Source: Candidatus Bipolaricaulia bacterium
GTDB lineage: Bacteria > Bipolaricaulota > Bipolaricaulia > RBG-16-55-9
Direction: 5' to 3'
Assembly: GCA_042219045.1 (NCBI GenBank)
Contig: JBDGQO010000040.1
Location: forward strand, 8,940-31,822
Length of the DNA stretch: 22,883 nt
Shown: in pieces, positions 17,728 to 22,883 of the stretch
Numbering within the stretch: position 1 is the stretch's first letter
Layout of the letters: each line of letters begins with the position of its first letter
Translations under genes and position numbers: made by a program
Notes under the pieces: model-generated
What the model was told of the DNA's origin: nothing
What the model saw: the letters and a program-made list of their open reading frames with translations, nothing else
The model's database searches: none

Positions 17728-19884
17728 CTACGCATCCGAACGCATGGAGAGCCCGAATCGTCCGCGGTCCACGTCGACGTCCACGACGCGCACCTGGACG
17801 ACGTCGCCTACGCGCACGACGTCCCGTGGATCGCGCACGAATCGATCGGCCAGCTTGGAGATGTGGACGAGGCCATCCTGATGGACCCCGACGTCGACAA
17901 ACGCCCCGAAGTCCGTCACGTTGGTGACGACGCCCTCCAGGACCATGTTGAGTTCGAGGTCGTCCATCGCCTGAACGTCCTCGCGGAAGCGGGCGTATTC
18001 GAATTGATCTCGCGGATCGCGGCCCGGTCGGTTCAGCTCGTCCACGATGTCGCGCAGCGTCGGCTCGCCGACGCCCTCGCCCGCGTACCGATGTCGGTCA
18101 ATGACTTCCAAGGGGTCGGGATTCTCGATAAGCTCGGGAACGGTCACGCCGAGGTCGCTTGCCATCTGGGCCACGAGCTCATAGCGCTCCGGATGGACGG
18201 CCGTGTTGTCGAGCGGGTTGTCGCCGTCGCGGATTCTTAAAAATCCCGCCGCCTGCTCGAACGTCTTCGGCCCGAGCTTGGGGACGTTGAGCAGTTGCTG
18301 GCGATGGGCGAACGGCCCGTGCTCGTCGCGATAGCTGACGATCTCGCCCGCCACGGACGCATTCAGCCCCGACACGTGCTGGAGCAGCTCCTGGGACGCC
18401 GTATTGACGTCGACGCCGACGGCGTTGACGCAGGTCTCGACGGTCTCGGCCAGCTTCTGGCGCATCAGCTTGCCGTCGACGTCGTGTTGATATTGGCCGA
18501 CGCCGATCGCCTCGGGATCGAGCTTCACGAGCTCGGCCAACGGGTCCTGGAGCCGCCGGGCGATGCTGATCGCGCCGCGCACGGTGACGTCCAGATCGGG
18601 GAATTCGGCGCGCGCCACGTCGCTGGCGGAATAGACGGATGCCCCGGCCTCGCTCACCATGACGATCGGAAGCTGGGGAGCGTCATGCTGGAGGGCCGCT
18701 TTCAGGAACGATTCGGTCTCGCGGCTGGCCGTGCCGTCCCCGAGCGCGACGATGTCGATATCACAATCGCGGATCACTGCGCGAAGCGCATGCCCCGCTT
18801 CGTGACGCGCTTCGTCGGAGCCGTGCGGGTAAATCGTCGCATGATGGAGGAATTTGCCGGTCGGGTCGACGGCCGCCAGCTTGCACCCCGTCCGGAAGCC
18901 GGGATCGACGCCGAGGGTCGATTTGGGACCGGCCGGCGGCGCCATAAGACGATCATAGAGGTTGCTGGCGAAGACCTGGACGGAGGCGAGATCCGCTCGC
19001 CGCTTCGTCTCCTGGCGGAGCTGGGTCGTGAGGGACGGCACCATCAGCCGATCCAAGGCGTCGCGCAGCATCTCACGGTAGAACCGCTGCAGTTCGCTTG
19101 AGCCGGCATGCAGCACGGCGGCCTCCAGATCGGCCAACATGCGCCCGTCGTCGCCCTCGATGTCGATGGAGAGCACGTCCTCGACCTCTCCGCGCAGCAC
19201 GGCGAGATACTGGTGCGGCGCGATGGAGCGCACCGGCGCCTTGAAGCCGCGATACATCTCGTAATTGGTCGTGCCCTTGGGATGGCCCCGTTTCACCTTC
19301 GTGACGACCTGGCCGGTCTCCCACAATCGCTGGCGGACCTTGGCTCTCAGCTCGGCATCCTCTGCTACGCTCTCGGCCAGGATGTCGGACGCGCCGAGGA
19401 GGGCGTCGTCGGTCGTGTCAATCCCCTGGTCGGAATTGACAAACGGCTGGGCTTCCAGAGCCAGATCGACGTGCGGGGCATCCGGGCGGTTCAACGATCG
19501 GAGTCGGTCGGCAAGCGGTTCCAAGCCACGCTCACGGGCGATCGTGGCGCGAGTCCGGCGCTTCGGCTTGTAGGGCAGATAGAGGTCTTCCAGCTCGGTC
19601 TTCTGCCTGCAGCTCTCGATTGCTTGACGAAGTTCCCCGGTCAGTTTTCCCTGCTCATCGATGGATCGAATGATCGTCTGCTTGCGCTCTTCAAGCTCGT
19701 TGAGATACGTGTGGCGCTCGAGCAAGTCTCGGAGCTTGGCCTCGTCGAGCCCGCCGGTCTGCTCCTTGCGGTAGCGGGCCAGGAACGGGACGGTCGCGCC
19801 ATCGTCGACGAGCGACAGGACGCGATCGATGGATCGTTGGTGGAGATCGAACTCCCGGGCGAGGGTGGCGGGAATGTCGCTCAT
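17728..19884 (-). CDS. tex: Tex family RNA-binding transcription accessory protein
   Basis: ATVPFLARYRKE.TG, EDLYLPYKPKRRTRA, DPGFRTGCK, ARRLQDPLAELVK, GVGQYQHDV, C-terminal S1 domain. Confidence 0.95.
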   Translation of the reverse strand: MSDIPATLAREFDLHQRSIDRVLSLVDDGATVPFLARYRKEQTGGLDEAKLRDLLERHTYLNELEERKQTIIRSIDEQGKLTGELRQAIESCRQKTELEDLYLPYKPKRRTRATIARERGLEPLADRLRSLNRPDAPHVDLALEAQPFVNSDQGIDTTDDALLGASDILAESVAEDAELRAKVRQRLWETGQVVTKVKRGHPKGTTNYEMYRGFKAPVRSIAPHQYLAVLRGEVEDVLSIDIEGDDGRMLADLEAAVLHAGSSELQRFYREMLRDALDRLMVPSLTTQLRQETKRRADLASVQVFASNLYDRLMAPPAGPKSTLGVDPGFRTGCKLAAVDPTGKFLHHATIYPHGSDEARHEAGHALRAVIRDCDIDIVALGDGTASRETESFLKAALQHDAPQLPIVMVSEAGASVYSASDVARAEFPDLDVTVRGAISIARRLQDPLAELVKLDPEAIGVGQYQHDVDGKLMRQKLAETVETCVNAVGVDVNTASQELLQHVSGLNASVAGEIVSYRDEHGPFAHRQQLLNVPKLGPKTFEQAAGFLRIRDGDNPLDNTAVHPERYELVAQMASDLGVTVPELIENPDPLEVIDRHRYAGEGVGEPTLRDIVDELNRPGRDPRDQFEYARFREDVQAMDDLELNMVLEGVVTNVTDFGAFVDVGVHQDGLVHISKLADRFVRDPRDVVRVGDVVQVRVVDVDVDRGRFGLSMRSDA

Positions 19885-19918
19885 GGTGCCCTATTGTGGG
19901 CGACGTGGCGCGAGCGGT

Positions 19919-21115
19919 TCAACCGGCGGCCGTTCCATTCAATGACGGCCAATCCTGGATCAACTGGAGCAGCCGTTCGTCGCTGCCGCGCGGCCCGACC
20001 AACTGCGCGCCGACGGGCAAGCCGTCGTTGTGAGCGCTCGGTACGGCCACGGCGGGCAGGCCGCCGAGGCTGGCAGGCGTCACCAAAGCCAAGGACGCCG
20101 AGCGGAACGCTTGAGCTTGGTGAGGATCCTCAAGATCCGACACGTTGGGCGCGACGTCGGGGGATGCCGGCAGCACGAGGAGCGTCTCCCCGTTGCCGAG
20201 GAGATCGTCCAACGATCGGACCAGCCTTGGTTCTCGGGCCAGCGCCCGGCCGATCTCGGCGACGCGCAATTCCGAGGCCACCGTCAGCTTGCGTTTGAGG
20301 TCCGAGCCGAGGCGCGGCCGCTGTTCGGTGATCCAGTCCTCATGGACCGACCAGACTTGGGCGCCGCCGAGAATGCTCTGGACATCCCGGATGGCCTCAA
20401 ACGCAGCGAGCTCGGCCTCGATCACCTCGATGCCGATCGTCCGCAATCGCTCCGCGGTTCGGGAAACAGCATCAAGGCCTGTCTGTTCCGCAAAGGCCGC
20501 CGCATCGCTCGGCAGCACCGCTTGCTTGAACCCGTGCGAGGTCGGCGTCGCGAAACGCGAGAGCAGGACGCGGGCCACGCGCTGCAGCGTCGCGGCGTCT
20601 CGGGCCAACGTGCCGACGGTGTCGAACGAGGGAGCCAACGGCACGAGCCCCTCGACGGGAATCCGCCCGTGTGTCGGTCGGAGCCCGAAAATGCCGCAAA
20701 GCGACGCCGGGAGACGAATCGATCCGGCCGTGTCGGTCCCGAGCGCGAACGGGGCCATGCCGCTACCGACCGCGGCCGCCGAGCCGGACGAGGAGCCTCC
20801 GGCGATTCGGTCCGAGTCATGCGGATTGCGCGGGGTGCCGAAATGGGCGTTTACGCCCGTGAGGCCGTAGGCCAGCTCGTGGGTGTGGGTCTTGGCGACC
20901 AGTTGGGCGCCGGCGTCGCCGAGCGCCCGCACTGCCCACGCATCGACGGTGGGGATGCCGCGCCACTCGGCGTAGTCGGGATTGCCGGCCCGAGTCGGGT
21001 AGCCTGACACATCGAACAGATCCTTCGCCATGAACCGCTGACCCGCCAGTGGGCCCGCCTCAGCGTGCGGACGATCAGGGATCCGTTCGACAATCGCGCC
21101 GAGCTGGTCGTCCAT
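19919..21115 (-). CDS. Amidase signature family protein
   Basis: KDLFDV, GGSSSGSAAAV, LGTDTAGSIRLPA (Lys/Ser/Ser triad). Start uncertain: ATG 21115 or ATG 21154. Confidence 0.9.
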   Translation of the reverse strand: MDDQLGAIVERIPDRPHAEAGPLAGQRFMAKDLFDVSGYPTRAGNPDYAEWRGIPTVDAWAVRALGDAGAQLVAKTHTHELAYGLTGVNAHFGTPRNPHDSDRIAGGSSSGSAAAVGSGMAPFALGTDTAGSIRLPASLCGIFGLRPTHGRIPVEGLVPLAPSFDTVGTLARDAATLQRVARVLLSRFATPTSHGFKQAVLPSDAAAFAEQTGLDAVSRTAERLRTIGIEVIEAELAAFEAIRDVQSILGGAQVWSVHEDWITEQRPRLGSDLKRKLTVASELRVAEIGRALAREPRLVRSLDDLLGNGETLLVLPASPDVAPNVSDLEDPHQAQAFRSASLALVTPASLGGLPAVAVPSAHNDGLPVGAQLVGPRGSDERLLQLIQDWPSLNGTAAG

Positions 21116-21131
21116 CGTTCGGAGATCGGGC

Positions 21132-21524
21132 TTACGCGGATTCCTCAGCGGCATCCAGCTGCAGCGCCACGGAGTTGATGCAGTAGCGTTGCCCCGTCGG
21201 CTCAGGCCCGTCGTTGAACAGATGCCCCAGGTGGGCGTCGCAGCTGGCGCAGCGGACTTCGGTTCGGACCATCCCGAGGCTGCGATCCTCGAGAAGCTCC
21301 ACGTTGCCCTCGTCGATGGCGTTCCAGAAGCTCGGCCAGCCCGTGCCGGACTCGAACTTCGTCTCGGAGCTGAACAGCGGCGCGTCGCAGCAGGCGCAGC
21401 GATAGACGCCGTCCGCCTTGCAGTCCCAATACTGGCCCGAGAACGGCGGCTCCGTGCCCCCTTCGCGGCAGACCCGATACTGTTCAGGCGTTAGCTCTTG
21501 ATCGATGGGGTTGGGCTCAGCCAT
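21132..21524 (-). CDS. msrB: Peptide-methionine (R)-S-oxide reductase
   Basis: [48 protein letters not shown]. Confidence 0.97.
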   Translation of the reverse strand: MAEPNPIDQELTPEQYRVCREGGTEPPFSGQYWDCKADGVYRCACCDAPLFSSETKFESGTGWPSFWNAIDEGNVELLEDRSLGMVRTEVRCASCDAHLGHLFNDGPEPTGQRYCINSVALQLDAAEESA

Positions 21525-21546
21525 GTGTCACACCTCCAATGCCTCG

Positions 21547-21555
21547 ATCATAGCA
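21547..21555 (-). promoter_or_regulatory. Extended -10 promoter for msrB
   Basis: Minus-strand TG-C-TATGAT just upstream of the msrB SD. Confidence 0.55.
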
Positions 21556-21651
21556 GGGCATGAATCGACGTTCCATCGTTTCATCGGGGGGCACGTCAGG
21601 TGGCGAGGTCCGATCAAGCGATCGAAGCGTGGCTCTCACGCGTCGGTGATA

Positions 21652-21680
21652 TTGACGTGGTGAATCAGAGTGGTTACGAT
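21652..21680 (+). promoter_or_regulatory. sigma70-like promoter for the DEAD-box helicase gene
   Basis: TTGACG-N17-TACGAT followed by an A-rich start region. Confidence 0.7.
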
Positions 21681-21820
21681 AAAGCAATAAGCAAAAGAAG
21701 TAAACCTGCCGTTTGTCTCGTCGTATTTTTCCGATCTCTTCAAGGCAACCGGACCTGTCCGTTTGCTTCTAAATTCCGGGTCCCGGGGGTTACCCTGGGA
21801 TCCCCGAACAAGGGAGATCC

Positions 21821-22883
21821 ATGAACACACGAGACCAAACGCAACGCCGTCCCTCCCGCCCGTCGCCGAAATCCGAATCCGTCCCGCAACATCGAGCTCC
21901 CGACGTCGACCCATCGCCGTCGGGCTTCGCTCAGCTGGGCCTTGGGGGCCTGTCCTTGAAGGCCGTCGAGCGGGCCGGCTTTGATAGCCCGACGGCCATC
22001 CAAGCGAAGTTCATCCCGGCTGCCCTGAGCGGGCAGGATTCCGTCGGATTGGCGCGCACCGGCACGGGCAAGACGGCGGCATTCCTGTTGCCGTTCTTCG
22101 AGCAAGTCTATCAGGGCCGATCCGAGCGCATGCTGATTCTGGCGCCGACCCGTGAGCTGACCGAGCAGACCACGCAGGCGAGCCGGTCGTTGTCGGGCTC
22201 GGATCGACCGACCGCCGTCGCCATCTACGGCGGCAAGCCGATCAAGGCACAGATCAACAAATTGCAGGACCGACCGGATATCGTTGCGGCCACACCGGGC
22301 CGTTTGCTCGATCACGCCGGGCGCGGCACGATCGATCTCAGCGCGTTCTCGGTCGTCGTGATGGACGAGGTGGATCGCATGTTCGACATGGGCTTCCGCC
22401 CCGACATCACGCGCATCGTCAACCAGTGCACGAATCGATCCCAGACGATGTTCCTCTCGGCGACCATGCCCTCCGAGATCATGAGCTTCGCGAATCAATA
22501 CCTGAACGATCCCAGGCGGATCTCGGCGATCGACGACGACAGCCCCTCAGTGGCCACGATCGAACAGCGTTATTTCCCGGTTGCGCCGGGGCGCAAGCGC
22601 CAGCTGCTGGCGGAGGTGCTCAAGCGGGAAGCCCCCGAGCTCTGTCTCATCTTCACCCGCACGAAGCGCGGGGCGGAGAAACTGGGCAACGACCTGCGGC
22701 AGAAGGGGCACCGATCCGGCCACATTCACGGCGGGCTCTCCCAGGGCCAACGACAGCGGGCCATGGATCGCTTTCGCTCGGGCAAGACCAAGCTTCTGGT
22801 GACCACCGACGTCCTGGGTCGTGGCATCGACGTGGACGGCATCTCGCACGTGATCAACTACGACATTCCGGAGAATCCGAAGG
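21821..22883 (+). CDS. DEAD-box RNA helicase, truncated by the window edge
   Basis: Absent from the ORF track because it has no stop in the window. Hand translation gives Q motif GFDSPTAIQ, ARTGTGKT, LAPTREL, TPGRL, DEVDRMFDMGF, SAT, HGGLSQGQR and TDVLGRGIDV; SD AAGGGAG. Confidence 0.95.
   Translation, partial: MNTRDQTQRRPSRPSPKSESVPQHRAPDVDPSPSGFAQLGLGGLSLKAVERAGFDSPTAIQAKFIPAALSGQDSVGLARTGTGKTAAFLLPFFEQVYQGRSERMLILAPTRELTEQTTQASRSLSGSDRPTAVAIYGGKPIKAQINKLQDRPDIVAATPGRLLDHAGRGTIDLSAFSVVVMDEVDRMFDMGFRPDITRIVNQCTNRSQTMFLSATMPSEIMSFANQYLNDPRRISAIDDDSPSVATIEQRYFPVAPGRKRQLLAEVLKREAPELCLIFTRTKRGAEKLGNDLRQKGHRSGHIHGGLSQGQRQRAMDRFRSGKTKLLVTTDVLGRGIDVDGISHVINYDIPENPK

Noticed and set aside
21941..21960. 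Possible frameshift at the G-run in the helicase 5' end
   Set aside because: With five G's the frame from ATG 21821 runs straight into the Q motif.
813..22849. Numerous long overlapping or antisense ORFs in the track
   Set aside because: Expected shadows of high-GC coding sequence; no motifs, and each overlaps a well-supported gene.

Overview
GC-rich bacterial chromosomal segment with no mobile elements or CRISPR. Many proteins are visibly D/E-rich, which suggests a halophilic host. From the left: tRNA-Lys(CTT), a PKD-domain lipoprotein, an M20 peptidase, a small membrane protein, a C-terminally anchored Cu/Zn SOD, nadE divergent from an archaeal-type Lrp, a Crp/Fnr regulator, and a PAS histidine kinase with a stand-alone receiver. 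A ~775 bp gene-free gap follows (8554-9329), holding a sigma70-like promoter and a densely base-paired ~340 nt sequence that I cannot assign to a known RNA family; this is the best candidate for something new. Next is a tightly packed 12 kb minus-strand run: msrB, amidase, Tex, hydantoinase/oxoprolinase A, CHY zinc finger, MFS, MazG-like pyrophosphatase, Tat-exported 8-repeat propeller, hydantoinase/oxoprolinase B, purH. The window ends in a truncated DEAD-box (DEVD) helicase with a long structured 5' UTR. Several genes look leaderless. All calls come from reading motifs and pairing by eye; no searches or folding programs were run.
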